DNA of 64,000 nt from an uncultured Bacillota bacterium (GCA_902493275.1 CABUOQ010000004.1:7337-71336); one strand, 5' to 3'; positions 29,766-40,345 are shown, counted from the first letter of the stretch. Notes: generated by a model not told the origin, from the sequence alone. Numbers and translations: made by a program.

Positions 29766-30442
29766 TTTTTAATCGCCTTATATCCTAATCCTCGAATAGT
29801 AACGATTTCAAAGTCAGGATTATTTTTAAATTTATCGCGTAAACGATTTATATGAGTATCGACAGTTCTTTCTTCGGAATTAGAATATATTCCCCAAAAT
29901 TCGTCCATTAATTGCATTCTAGTAAAAATCTTATTTTCATATGATAATAACTTAAATAATATTTGGAATTCTTTTTGAGGTAACTCATATGTCTTACCAT
30001 TTGTTACCACTGTTAATGAATCATTATCTAAAACTGTGTTTTTAAACGATAATTGATGTTCTAAAGATATTTTAGCTCTTCTAAATAAAGAAATTAATCT
30101 AAGTTCTAATTCCTTTAAATCAATTGGTTTAACCATATAATCATCCGCGCCTGATAAAAAGCCATCAGATTTATCTTGAATTTGATCTTTAGCCGAAATA
30201 ATTAAAACCGGAGAAGAAATACCAGCATTCCTTAATTCTTTAATAAATTCTATTCCCGACATTCCTGGCATCATAATATCAGTAATTATCGCATCTACTT
30301 GATATTTATCTAATTCTTGCAAAGCATACTTTGCTGAATAAGAACAATAAACACTATACCCTTTTTTTGTTAAATAAATCTTTATTGCATCATTTAAATT
30401 GATATCATCTTCCACAACTAGTATCTTAAACATAATAATCAC
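29762..30442 (-). CDS. OmpR-family response regulator
   Basis: 226 aa. Receiver domain (ILVVEDD ... ITDIMMPGMSG) and winged-helix output domain (TVDTHINRLRDKF ... IRGLGYK). 4-nt overlap with the kinase gene. Confidence 0.9.
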   Translation of the reverse strand: MIIMFKILVVEDDINLNDAIKIYLTKKGYSVYCSYSAKYALQELDKYQVDAIITDIMMPGMSGIEFIKELRNAGISSPVLIISAKDQIQDKSDGFLSGADDYMVKPIDLKELELRLISLFRRAKISLEHQLSFKNTVLDNDSLTVVTNGKTYELPQKEFQILFKLLSYENKIFTRMQLMDEFWGIYSNSEERTVDTHINRLRDKFKNNPDFEIVTIRGLGYKAIKK

Positions 30443-30499
30443 CTAATCCTTATTTGATATATTATCAAATATATTTTAACTAATTTTGAACATTATTAC

Positions 30500-31438
30500 T
30501 TATTTTTCGGCATTTTTTAAATTTTTTTCGATAAAAGTTATGCACTTATCAATATATTTTTCTTTTTCAGTATAAAATGAAGCGATATGTCCTGCCTTTT
30601 CAATCGCTAATTCATCATAATCCATAGATGGATTTAAGCATGAAATATTTGCTTTCAAATTGCTATAAGGAACAAATTTATCTTCTGTTCCATGAATAAA
30701 TAAAATTGGAACCCCGCAATTTGATAAAGACTTATTGGGCCCGTCATTTTTTAAAGATATATGTAAAATAATTTTAGCTAATAATGAAATACCAAAATAA
30801 AAAAATATAAAAAATTTATTAATAAATTTGAATGAATATAATACTTGTTGTTTTATGGAATTGAATCCGCAATCGGCAATGATACATCTTACATTAGATG
30901 GTAGTTTTTCACCTGATACGTTCATTAAAGTAGTTGCTCCCATAGAGTCACCATATAAAACTATCTGTGCTCTTGGATCTTGTTTAATTATTAAGTCGAT
31001 CCATTTTAATACATCAATTCTTTCATGCCATCCCATAGTCGAATATTTTATCATAGAAGTAGAATGGGCACGTTGTTCAATAAACAAAAAATTACAATTA
31101 ATCTTTTTATCTATCTCTTCGGCAATTGGAGTATTCTCTTTCCAATTTCCCCTCCAACCATGACACATAATAAGATAAAGATTGGTATCGCCTTTTTTTA
31201 ATAAATGCGCTGATAATTCATGCTTATCATCTGAAATCGTTTTTAAATCAACGATTTCATGGTTGCTTAAATACTCTTCAGCCACAGCAATTTTTGATTT
31301 TTTATCTTTATGTTTTCTCTTGTCATCAAAATTTTTACTAGTTTTAAATACCACTTCAAAGCATTTAAAGCTAGCAAAAAAGTATAAGAATAATATAGCT
31401 AATATAACAACTAAAATAATTATTAAAACTTTCATCAT
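30500..31438 (-). CDS. Membrane-anchored alpha/beta-fold hydrolase
   Basis: 312 aa. N-terminal TM helix, HGWRG oxyanion-type motif, nucleophile elbow GDSMGA, late HG/His. Confidence 0.7.
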   Translation of the reverse strand: MMKVLIIILVVILAILFLYFFASFKCFEVVFKTSKNFDDKRKHKDKKSKIAVAEEYLSNHEIVDLKTISDDKHELSAHLLKKGDTNLYLIMCHGWRGNWKENTPIAEEIDKKINCNFLFIEQRAHSTSMIKYSTMGWHERIDVLKWIDLIIKQDPRAQIVLYGDSMGATTLMNVSGEKLPSNVRCIIADCGFNSIKQQVLYSFKFINKFFIFFYFGISLLAKIILHISLKNDGPNKSLSNCGVPILFIHGTEDKFVPYSNLKANISCLNPSMDYDELAIEKAGHIASFYTEKEKYIDKCITFIEKNLKNAEK

Positions 31439-31683
31439 TTATCATCCTTATGACTTTTATGCTTAATATAAAAAATGATTACTAATGAAATGACAATTAA
31501 GCTAATTGGAATTATAACGAGAAAATAAAGATAATTTATGTTGATTATCTTTTTACTAGTCAATATAAATAAAGCGATAGTTAAAGCAATAATAAGAACA
31601 AATATAATTCTTATTATATTTACAATTATACGACTTTTTTTCTTCGCAGATTTTAAATTCTCTTCCTCGTCATTTAGATTCAT
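31435..31683 (-). CDS. Small two-TM membrane protein
   Basis: 82 aa, hydrophobic. 4-nt overlap with the downstream hydrolase gene. Confidence 0.4.
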   Translation of the reverse strand: MNLNDEEENLKSAKKKSRIIVNIIRIIFVLIIALTIALFILTSKKIININYLYFLVIIPISLIVISLVIIFYIKHKSHKDDK

Positions 31684-31685
31684 AG

Positions 31686-32492
31686 TTAATTCCTTTTATT
31701 AATCTCCATATCAACTTTATTCAATCTAACTATCATATTATCCACTACACTTTCTAAAATATATGTATTAGAACCGATGATAACATTATCGCCGATAATA
31801 GTATCGCCTCCTAGAATTGAAGCTCCAGAATATATAGTTACATTATTACCAATAGTTGGATGACGCTTCAAACCTTTTAACTTTTGACCTCTTCCCAAAG
31901 ATAACGCTCCTAGAGTAACCCCTTGATAAATTCTAACATGTTCACCAATAATAGAAGTCTCACCAATAACGATTCCTGTGCCATGATCAATAAAGAAATA
32001 TGAGCCAATCCTAGCACCTGGATGAATATCAATACCTGTCATTGAATGGGCATATTCAGACATGATTCTAGGGATATAAGGGATGCCTTTTTCATATAAA
32101 TAATGAGCGATACGATAAATACTAATCGCGAGCATTCCTGGATATGACAAAATTATTTCATTAAAATCTAATGCTGCTGGATCTCCATCGAATGTCGCTT
32201 GTAAATCAGTTTTTAATACTTCAACTATCTGAGGTAAATCATCTATAAAATCTTCAGTTAAGGTTTCTTCATCTAAATCTTTATGCGATGTTTTTTTAGC
32301 TCGATATATCTGTTCTTTCAATAATTTTTTTACTTCATCTTTTATCTTATTGTTTGTTAAATCAATTCCAGAAGAGATGCAATTAAAATATCCTGGAAAT
32401 ATTAACATTCTTAAATCATCTATAATTTTTATAATTTGATCACGACATGGAACAAATTCAAATTGTTCTTCACAAACTTTAATATATTTCAT
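31686..32492 (-). CDS. cysE: Serine O-acetyltransferase
   Basis: 268 aa. Hexapeptide-repeat C-terminal half (GIDIHPGARIG..FIDHGTGIVIGET). Immediately downstream of cysK. Confidence 0.85.
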   Translation of the reverse strand: MKYIKVCEEQFEFVPCRDQIIKIIDDLRMLIFPGYFNCISSGIDLTNNKIKDEVKKLLKEQIYRAKKTSHKDLDEETLTEDFIDDLPQIVEVLKTDLQATFDGDPAALDFNEIILSYPGMLAISIYRIAHYLYEKGIPYIPRIMSEYAHSMTGIDIHPGARIGSYFFIDHGTGIVIGETSIIGEHVRIYQGVTLGALSLGRGQKLKGLKRHPTIGNNVTIYSGASILGGDTIIGDNVIIGSNTYILESVVDNMIVRLNKVDMEINKRN

Positions 32493-33415
32493 TATTTCAC
32501 CAGCTCCGTCGATAGATATCTTTCACCGGTATCAGGTAAGATAACTACTATATTTTTTCCTTTATTTTCTTCTTTTTGGGCTTGCTTTATTGCTTCACAA
32601 AATGCAGCGCCTGAAGATATTCCCACAAATATTCCTTCTTCATGAGCTAACATTCTAGCGTATGTAAATGAATCTTCATCACTTATGGTATCAACATAAT
32701 CTACATAATCAAGATTTAAAGTTTTAGGAATAAAATTTGCTCCAATTCCCTGTATTTTATGCGATGAAGCCATTCCTTTAGTAATAAGTGGAGATGATAA
32801 TGGTTCAACACCTATTGTATAAATATCTTTTTTTTCTTTTAAATATTTACTAATTCCCGTGATAGTTCCACCTGTTCCAATCCCGGCAACTAATATATCA
32901 ACTAATCCATCACACTGCTCATATATTTCTCTACCCGTAGTTAAATAATGAGTTTGAGAATTATCATTATTTTCAAATTGAGATGGAATAAATGAATTCG
33001 GATATTTTTCTTTTAACCTTATCGCCTCATCAACACTGCCTTTCATTCCTAATTCACCTGGAGTTAAAACAATTTCTCCACCATATGCTTTAATTAATTT
33101 TTGTCTTTCAATTGACATGGTTTCTGGCATAACTGCGATAAATTTCATCTTTTTACAAGCACAAATAAAAGCTAATCCAACTCCGGTATTACCTGATGTT
33201 GGTTCGATAATAACGCTTTCTTTATTTATTCTATTTTCAGCTAATGCAGTTTCAATCATGTATTTAGCTATTCTAGCTTTTATTGATCCACTTGGATTAA
33301 ACATTTCCACTTTAGCATATATTTTACACTCCAAGTTTAAGGTTTTTTCTATGTTTGTTAATTCCACTAAAGGAGTATTTCCAATTAGGTCTTCAATCGA
33401 TTTATATATTTTCAT
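32492..33415 (-). CDS. cysK: Cysteine synthase A (O-acetylserine sulfhydrylase)
   Basis: 307 aa. PLP-Lys context NPSGSIKARIA, TSGNTG loop, GIGTGGTITG. Confidence 0.9.
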   Translation of the reverse strand: MKIYKSIEDLIGNTPLVELTNIEKTLNLECKIYAKVEMFNPSGSIKARIAKYMIETALAENRINKESVIIEPTSGNTGVGLAFICACKKMKFIAVMPETMSIERQKLIKAYGGEIVLTPGELGMKGSVDEAIRLKEKYPNSFIPSQFENNDNSQTHYLTTGREIYEQCDGLVDILVAGIGTGGTITGISKYLKEKKDIYTIGVEPLSSPLITKGMASSHKIQGIGANFIPKTLNLDYVDYVDTISDEDSFTYARMLAHEEGIFVGISSGAAFCEAIKQAQKEENKGKNIVVILPDTGERYLSTELVK

Positions 33416-33500
33416 TATCTAAATCACCTCTATATTAATATTATGATAAATAATAATTTTTTTAAATAATTCTCATTTTTTATTAACTAATTTATTTAAA

Positions 33501-33529
33501 TTGACAAATTATTTTTAGTTATTTAATAT
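33501..33529 (+). promoter_or_regulatory. Sigma-70-type promoter candidate for the TetR gene
   Basis: TTGACA (33501-33506), a 17-nt spacer, then TAATAT (33524-33529), about 60 nt upstream of the ATG. Confidence 0.35.
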
Positions 33530-33587
33530 TATTTTGAAGTGTCTTATTATTATATTGTGAGAAATAATATAATGAAAGGCTTTTTAT

Positions 33588-34184
33588 ATGAAAATGGATA
33601 TACGTGTAATTAAAACCAAAGCGGCAATCAAAGCAAGTTTCAAAGAATTATTGAAAAGAGAGCCGATAGAAAAAATAACTGTCTCCGAAATATGTAACAA
33701 TGCTGATATAAATCGTGTTACTTTTTATACCCATTACCAAGATAAATACGATTTACTTATTGATTATCTCAATAATATAACCGAGGAAATATATGATAAA
33801 GCAACCGCTAGTATAAGTGGCATCAATGAAAAAGAACAACTAATATGTTTCTTTTGCAATTTATTCAACTGCACTATCGATTATTGCGTGGATCATGCTG
33901 AAATTTTTAAATTCTTTCCTCGTCAAAGCAATACATCTTTATTAACACTAATTGATAAAACTGCTACAAAAAATATATTAAGTCTTTTTAAAAAGATATT
34001 TAAAGATACTAACATGAAGTATTCTTACGATTTTATTGTCTATTTTATTATCGGAGGTTGTAACAAACTGCTTTTTGAATATTTTGAAAAAGATAATGAA
34101 AAATCAGTAACTGAATTAAAATATAACGCTAATAAATTAATAACAGAACTAATCAATTCAAATATATTATTTGATAAAAATTAA
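33588..34184 (+). CDS. TetR/AcrR-family transcriptional regulator
   Basis: 198 aa. N-terminal HTH (KITVSEICNNADINRVTFYTHYQDKYDL). Confidence 0.85.
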   Translation: MKMDIRVIKTKAAIKASFKELLKREPIEKITVSEICNNADINRVTFYTHYQDKYDLLIDYLNNITEEIYDKATASISGINEKEQLICFFCNLFNCTIDYCVDHAEIFKFFPRQSNTSLLTLIDKTATKNILSLFKKIFKDTNMKYSYDFIVYFIIGGCNKLLFEYFEKDNEKSVTELKYNANKLITELINSNILFDKN

Positions 34185-34190
34185 TAAATT

Positions 34191-34250
34191 AAAACCCCCT
34201 ATGAATAGCGATTTTATTGCTACCATTATATGGGGGTGTTTTTATTTTTA
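34191..34250. terminator. Bidirectional terminator candidate between convergent genes
   Basis: accccc...gggggt stem flanked by an A run and gtttttattttt. Confidence 0.45.
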
Positions 34251-34265
34251 CTTATTTATAAAACC

Positions 34266-35798
34266 TTAAATAATAGTTCTATTTATTTCTGCAACTTTAT
34301 TTACTTCTGTAAATTCAACTTCAGTAGTAAAGCTTCCAACAACATTAACAAAAGAAACTTTGTCACCTTCAAATGTAACAGTAAATTTATCTAATGGTTG
34401 AGTGTTATTAATCGTATTATCAAATCCACAGAAAATTGAAGTTGTAGGTTTTGTTGTTAAAAGTTCATGTCCAATATAATTAAATACAGTTTTGGTTTCA
34501 GTTGAATTAGTTTCATCTTTTTCAAAGAAATAAGCGTTCATACTGAATAAAGGAAGAATAATACCATCAGTTAAAGTACCCGCGATACTTTCACCAGTAT
34601 AAGTGTAAACATCATCAGTTAATGAATATTTACGATAATTAGCATCATCTAATTGTCTATAACCGACAAATGTAGCACTTGATCCTGTTCCTTTAGTGAT
34701 TTCTAATGTTCCCTTTCCATCACTAGTTAAAGAACCTTGTCCATCAACATAAGAACCATACCAATCATCATTAGTTGTTCTTTTGAAAGTTGCATTAAAA
34801 TTATAAGATAATAGACTTTGAAGTTTAGAATTTAATTCACTATCTGCATCCTCTAATTTAACTATTTTACTAACATTTACATCTTCACCAAACGCCAAGA
34901 ATTGACCTTCATAAGAAATTTTAACTGTATCAACTCCTCCCCATCCATCATCTTGAGTTTTATCAAAGAATTTCGCGGAATATGTTGTAGGTAAATTGTC
35001 TTCACTAAGTACAAATGAAAAACTCTCTAATGTTCCATCAATGAAATAGTGAGTATTATAACCTTCATAAGATAAATATAATTGAGCTGATAAGCATGAT
35101 AAAGCATATGAGAAATCATCATCAGCTAATTTTTCTTCGGTTATAGTTAATGAAACAGTGCGTGTTTCTTCATCTAAAGTAAAATCATCATCACTCAATA
35201 AAGTAAAAGCATTAACTAAACGTGATTCTGACCATAATGCTTCAACATCTTGATTAACTATTGGATCAACTAATAATAATGGTGTATATACTACATTACC
35301 ATTGATGTCATACGAAACAGTGAATGCCTCGTCATTGACTCCTTCTTCATATTGTGTCAATTTATTAATGGATTCCCATTCTCCTTTATAATAAATACTT
35401 CTAACAACGCCATCTTTAATCAAATCGCGATAACGATAATTTGTTGGTGTTCCATTATTATATTGTTTTGAGTAAACAGTTTGAACATCAAATCCGCTTC
35501 TTAAAGCATCTAAAGATTTCTTTTTAGCATCAACAACTACAACAGAAGATGACGATTCTTCTGATGAACTTACGCTTGATTCTTCACTTGATGAAACTTC
35601 GTCTGATGATTCTACTGATGAAGAAGACTCTTCAACTGATGATTCAGATTCAAACAATGAAGAAGATTCTTCGACTGATGATTCACTTACTACAGAAGAA
35701 CTATTGCTAGTTGAAGAAGATATGATACTACTTGTTGCTTCTGTTTGACAAGCAAATAACATAGCTAATAATGATACAAATAATAATTGTTTTTTCAT
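34266..35798 (-). CDS. Lipoprotein, member 3 of a tandem paralog triplet, unknown function
   Basis: 510 aa. Lipobox AMLFAC. About 70 aa Ser/Glu-rich linker. Shares motifs with the two upstream genes (FGEDV, L..L...N(Y/F)). Confidence 0.6.
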   Translation of the reverse strand: MKKQLLFVSLLAMLFACQTEATSSIISSSTSNSSSVVSESSVEESSSLFESESSVEESSSSVESSDEVSSSEESSVSSSEESSSSVVVVDAKKKSLDALRSGFDVQTVYSKQYNNGTPTNYRYRDLIKDGVVRSIYYKGEWESINKLTQYEEGVNDEAFTVSYDINGNVVYTPLLLVDPIVNQDVEALWSESRLVNAFTLLSDDDFTLDEETRTVSLTITEEKLADDDFSYALSCLSAQLYLSYEGYNTHYFIDGTLESFSFVLSEDNLPTTYSAKFFDKTQDDGWGGVDTVKISYEGQFLAFGEDVNVSKIVKLEDADSELNSKLQSLLSYNFNATFKRTTNDDWYGSYVDGQGSLTSDGKGTLEITKGTGSSATFVGYRQLDDANYRKYSLTDDVYTYTGESIAGTLTDGIILPLFSMNAYFFEKDETNSTETKTVFNYIGHELLTTKPTTSIFCGFDNTINNTQPLDKFTVTFEGDKVSFVNVVGSFTTEVEFTEVNKVAEINRTII

Positions 35799-35826
35799 AA
35801 AAATTCCCCCTATTTATTTTTATTAA

Positions 35827-37491
35827 TTAAAGTATTGTTGGATATATTAAGAATTGAATTGTTTTAAAGAATTCTAAGGCTAATAAAACCTCAACGCCAA
35901 TTTTAGTTGGTGTTCCGTTGATGTTAACTTCTTTAATATAGAAATTTCCACCATTTTTACCTTCCTCATCTTGTAAAACATATCCGTTATCTACCAATTT
36001 TGCTTCATATTGTACTTGAAGAGTTTCTCCTTCATTATAATCATTTAATGCCAACATGAAGACTGGTTTTTTTGGATTATAAGAAGCATCTAGTACAATG
36101 TATGAATAATTTCCACCAATTGTTGGAATATAATCTAATTGTTCAGCTGAAATACTTCTATATAGAATTTCAGATTCTGCTACCTGATTACTAATAATAT
36201 CATTCCAAGTTGCATCGTCTGCATTTGGTTGTAAACTATCTAATAATCCCTTGACTCCACCGATATTAGAGTAAGTATATTTTTCTTCGGTTAGACGTAA
36301 TTTATTTGTTATGACTACTTCTTCATCTTTAACTTCAATTATCAATGTTCCGGCATTACCACCACCTAAGGTTCCATAATCATTACTATATATTTTACAT
36401 CCATGGTTATCTTTCAAAGTATAAGTAGTTACACCATCATTATTTGATTTATCAAAGAAAACAGAAGAAATGTTAAAAGATGGTAAAATATTATTCATAT
36501 ATCCTGATAATAAATCGCCATCCGGATATACTTTATCATTTAATTTTAAGACTGCTTGGACTATGCCGTCGCCTTTTTGATAATATCCATATGCTCCAGT
36601 TTTTACATTCTTTTTAGAAAGAACATCATAAAGAATGGTTTTTCCATCCTCTATATCTGCCTCGTAGATACGATTTGATAATTCGACTTTAAGATGATAG
36701 TTTTGTTTTTTTAATTTATCTAAAGTAGTTTGTAAAAAAGCATCTTCTTGGCCTTCAGCTTTTGTTATTGGCGCTATGACATCTTCGCCAAAACCAGTAA
36801 ATACGCCTTCAATTTCAGATTTATAAACTCCATATGAAGTTGATATTGGTTCAAAAACTATATGAAATTTATCTGGCAATCCATTATTCATCTCAATGAC
36901 AAAACTATTTAAGTCATATCCCATTGTAGCTGTAAATTGAGCTCCAACAGATGAATAGAAAGTATTTAATGCTTTATCACCTAATTTTAATTTGTAAAGA
37001 TTGTCTGTTTCACCTTTTTCAAAATCATCAACGTTCAATAAAGAGAAACTATTTCCATAACCTGATACATCCCATGGAACATAAGTATTTGATGTTGAAA
37101 CTAATGGATAATAATGGATTTTGTTATCTAATCCTAATTCAACTTCACATAAGCAAGATATTGCCATTTGAAGATGAGCTGCATAATGCATTTCATTATT
37201 TATAGTATCCATTTGAGGATTTTCAGAAGCAGATTCATAAACTGTTGCAGTAAATTCTCTTGGTTTAGAAGCAGTTTCAACATAGTTATATGTATATCCT
37301 AACGTGTCTGTTCCTGTTTTAAATATTCCTCTAGTTGAATAACCTTGTCCCATTTTTGATAAGATTTCATCTGTCAAGGTATTATCAACACTGATTGGAC
37401 TAGAACTTGAAGCAAGAGATGATTCTTTATTCAAGTTGCATCCGCTAAGCAATAAAGCTCCTATAATAATGGGATAATAATGTCGATGCAT
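35827..37491 (-). CDS. Lipoprotein, member 2 of the paralog triplet
   Basis: 554 aa. Lipobox LLLSGC. Motifs LTDEILSKMGQGYS, FTGFGEDVIAPITKAEG, LDKLKKQNYHL. Confidence 0.6.
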   Translation of the reverse strand: MHRHYYPIIIGALLLSGCNLNKESSLASSSSPISVDNTLTDEILSKMGQGYSTRGIFKTGTDTLGYTYNYVETASKPREFTATVYESASENPQMDTINNEMHYAAHLQMAISCLCEVELGLDNKIHYYPLVSTSNTYVPWDVSGYGNSFSLLNVDDFEKGETDNLYKLKLGDKALNTFYSSVGAQFTATMGYDLNSFVIEMNNGLPDKFHIVFEPISTSYGVYKSEIEGVFTGFGEDVIAPITKAEGQEDAFLQTTLDKLKKQNYHLKVELSNRIYEADIEDGKTILYDVLSKKNVKTGAYGYYQKGDGIVQAVLKLNDKVYPDGDLLSGYMNNILPSFNISSVFFDKSNNDGVTTYTLKDNHGCKIYSNDYGTLGGGNAGTLIIEVKDEEVVITNKLRLTEEKYTYSNIGGVKGLLDSLQPNADDATWNDIISNQVAESEILYRSISAEQLDYIPTIGGNYSYIVLDASYNPKKPVFMLALNDYNEGETLQVQYEAKLVDNGYVLQDEEGKNGGNFYIKEVNINGTPTKIGVEVLLALEFFKTIQFLIYPTIL

Positions 37492-37502
37492 ATTTCAACT
37501 CC

Positions 37503-39368
37503 TTATTTAGCAGCGCTAAAACTCATAGAAATTTGGAATTGTCCCCAATTTTGAATTGAATTCCAGAAAGTAGCTAATGAAATATTCAAACTATATTGTC
37601 TGTTTTTAAGAGTTACATTTTTCCAATAGTTGTAAGTTGGAGTTTCAGTATCTCCAGTATCAGTTTTATTAAAACCAGCTGCAACTAAGGCTGCACCATA
37701 ACTATCTAATAAAGCTAATGTATCATCTTTATCATATGTAGTAAAGAAAATGACTGGTGCTGATGGTGATGAAATATCACAACTAATATTAGAGCAATAT
37801 GTTACTGTAGGAATTGAGTCTAATATTTCTTTGGTAAATGTCTTTTGAACAGAAGCAAGAGTCTCTTCGTTATTTGATAATAATTGTGACCACGTTAATC
37901 CTTCTGTAGTTTCAAAAGTATTCTCGTTAGTAATCATTTTTTCTACTTCGCCAAATTTTGTATAATTTACATCAAGAACTAATCCTTGATCTTTAGTAGC
38001 AGAAGTCTCATTGTGAATGTTTATTTTATCTTTTTCAATAGTTATAGTTAAATAAATTAATCTATCTGTATAACCATCAGCATCGAAAGGTGTAAAAACA
38101 TCATCATAATTATCTAATGAAATCTTAATATCATTATTTAATTTGTAAATTGCTTTATCAGCAGTTGAAGCAGAATCTTTAACAAATAAAACAGAAGATA
38201 AATCAAATGATGGTAATATAGTTTCTTCTAAAGAACCAGCATATGCATAATCAACATAGTATTTACCTTCAATCGGTGTTAAACCTAATTTACATGGTTC
38301 GCCATCAATTTCATATTCTTGATATGCATAACTCATGTATTTCTTACCGTTTGCATTATAATAATCATAAACAACAGATTCTTTATTGTAGAAGTCTGCT
38401 ACATATTTACCTTGTGAAACCATTCTCTCTGAATTAAAGTTAAATGCAAATTGTGTTTCTTCTAAATGATAGTTTTGAGCACGTAATTTTTCCATTGCCT
38501 CCTCAAACACTTCATCAGTTTCACCGGCTATTGGTGTTACATAATCAATAACATCTGCTCCTGAATCTAAGAAATAGCCATATGAATGTTTATAAACTGT
38601 AGAATCAGTTGAAGAAACAGCAACATATTCTAATTCATATCCAGTTACTTTATCTCCGTTTGTTAATAAATAAAAATTATCAAAAGTAGCTGTAGTTCTT
38701 TTATCATCACAATATAATTGCTTATCAAGTCTTGCATAAATTTCATCTACCAATTCACTGTCTAAATCAGATTCAATATTTAATCTGAACTTATTTTCAT
38801 CGCCTACACGTTCAAAATAGTTAGCGTTTAAGAGTAAGAAAACATTTGAATAATATCCTTCCTCCCATGTCATATGTATTTCTTCATAAGAATGGATATC
38901 TGTTCCCATAACAGGTGTGTAAAGTGGTTTGTTTCCAACGCTTAGTCCTACATCATATAACATTTTTTCAGTTTCGTCTGGTTTTGGCTGATAATGATAG
39001 TGATTAGCTAATTTTGAATTAGAAATGTCTTCAATATCTTTGTTTCCACTAGGGTAATACATATCTTCTTCAAAGTTAAATTCATTACACTTTGAAAAAA
39101 TTACTGCTGTGGAAGGTGTACCAGTTTCATATTCGGTCATTCTTATAGTTTTACTAGAATATCCTTCTTTTAATGAAGATAACATTTGATCAGTCAAATT
39201 CTCTGTACGAATAAATTCACTCTCTTCTATGCTACCTTCCGACACTGATACTGATGATGTCGAAGTAGATGATGACGCTGATGATTGTGTTGATGATGTA
39301 GTTTCAACATTACAACTAAATAACATAGCTGTAGATAAGATTGCGATTAACGCATGCTTTTTTTTCAT
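37503..39368 (-). CDS. Lipoprotein, member 1 of the paralog triplet
   Basis: 621 aa. Lipobox AMLFSC. Motifs LTDQMLSSLKEGYS, LDSGADVIDYVTPIAGE, MEKLRAQNYHL. Confidence 0.6.
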   Translation of the reverse strand: MKKKHALIAILSTAMLFSCNVETTSSTQSSASSSTSTSSVSVSEGSIEESEFIRTENLTDQMLSSLKEGYSSKTIRMTEYETGTPSTAVIFSKCNEFNFEEDMYYPSGNKDIEDISNSKLANHYHYQPKPDETEKMLYDVGLSVGNKPLYTPVMGTDIHSYEEIHMTWEEGYYSNVFLLLNANYFERVGDENKFRLNIESDLDSELVDEIYARLDKQLYCDDKRTTATFDNFYLLTNGDKVTGYELEYVAVSSTDSTVYKHSYGYFLDSGADVIDYVTPIAGETDEVFEEAMEKLRAQNYHLEETQFAFNFNSERMVSQGKYVADFYNKESVVYDYYNANGKKYMSYAYQEYEIDGEPCKLGLTPIEGKYYVDYAYAGSLEETILPSFDLSSVLFVKDSASTADKAIYKLNNDIKISLDNYDDVFTPFDADGYTDRLIYLTITIEKDKINIHNETSATKDQGLVLDVNYTKFGEVEKMITNENTFETTEGLTWSQLLSNNEETLASVQKTFTKEILDSIPTVTYCSNISCDISSPSAPVIFFTTYDKDDTLALLDSYGAALVAAGFNKTDTGDTETPTYNYWKNVTLKNRQYSLNISLATFWNSIQNWGQFQISMSFSAAK

Positions 39369-39592
39369 TGTTTTCCCCCTTAAGATGCAAATAAATTTAA
39401 ATAAAATAAAAATATTAATATAAATATATTTATTTTTTAATTCATTATGCTAAAAAAACTCTTATGTCAAAATAAGGATATAAATATTATTTAATAAATT
39501 TATAATTAATTTAACTAAGAATAAAAAGTTTTTTAACTTTTATTGAAGATATTATATTAAGATTGAAATAACAAGTAAAGTTTTTTTTTAAT

Positions 39593-40345
39593 CTATTGCG
39601 ATTTCATCTTTTTCTTAAAGATAAATATTGCCAATAAATATATTATTGCTGTATAAATCAATATAATAATTAATGGCAAAATAACATCATCAAATAAATT
39701 ATTACTGCCATTTACAATGCTTTGAATAAAAGTAGATGCGTTTCTAAATGGTAAAACATTCATAGCTACAATCATTTCTTGAGGAATTCCCTCAAGTGGA
39801 AACCACATTCCAGATAAAATTGATTGACCACATATTATAATTGATGAAACCCCACCAATGCTTTTAATGTTACATATTGAGCCAAAAAGTATTCCAAATC
39901 CAATAAACAAAAATGAAGTTATCATTGATCCTAGTATCCCATATATAATATTAACGCTCCAAAAACTAGAATTGATAATTCCTCCAATGACAAAAAACAA
40001 AGTCGATTGAATAAAAATGATTGGAATTAATGATAAAATATATCCAAAAATGAACTCATAAGATTTTGTCTCTGTGACATAAAGACGTGTTAAAAATGAA
40101 GTAGCACGATCATTGGCAATTAATATTCCTATGAATAAAGATAAAAATGATTGAGAAAAACTAACAATAGCCGGAACAAGGTATTGAATATTAAATTGAG
40201 GTGTTAAAGAATGAAATAAATAATAGAATAAAACTAACAAAACTAAAGGCATCAGACCCATGAAAATTAAACTTAATGGATCACGTATTATCTCTTTAAA
40301 ATTTCTTTTTGCTAAGACAAAAATTCTATGAATTGATTTAGACAT
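39593..40345 (-). CDS. ABC-2-type exporter permease
   Basis: 250 aa with six hydrophobic helices. 8-nt overlap with the ATPase gene. Confidence 0.8.
   Translation of the reverse strand: MSKSIHRIFVLAKRNFKEIIRDPLSLIFMGLMPLVLLVLFYYLFHSLTPQFNIQYLVPAIVSFSQSFLSLFIGILIANDRATSFLTRLYVTETKSYEFIFGYILSLIPIIFIQSTLFFVIGGIINSSFWSVNIIYGILGSMITSFLFIGFGILFGSICNIKSIGGVSSIIICGQSILSGMWFPLEGIPQEMIVAMNVLPFRNASTFIQSIVNGSNNLFDDVILPLIIILIYTAIIYLLAIFIFKKKMKSQ

Noticed and set aside
33416-33587. A T-box, S-box or other Cys/Met riboswitch upstream of cysK.
   Set aside because: The leader is short, extremely AT-rich and has no conserved stems or T-box specifier/antiterminator-like sequence that I can recognise. It looks like a plain divergent promoter region shared with the TetR gene.
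39229-39423. Antisense ORFs through Ser-rich linker coding regions (39229-39423, 44770-45000, 56747-56965), which give Asp/Glu/Ser-rich products.
   Set aside because: They are an artefact of low-complexity TCN/AGY-rich sequence, which stays open on the opposite strand.
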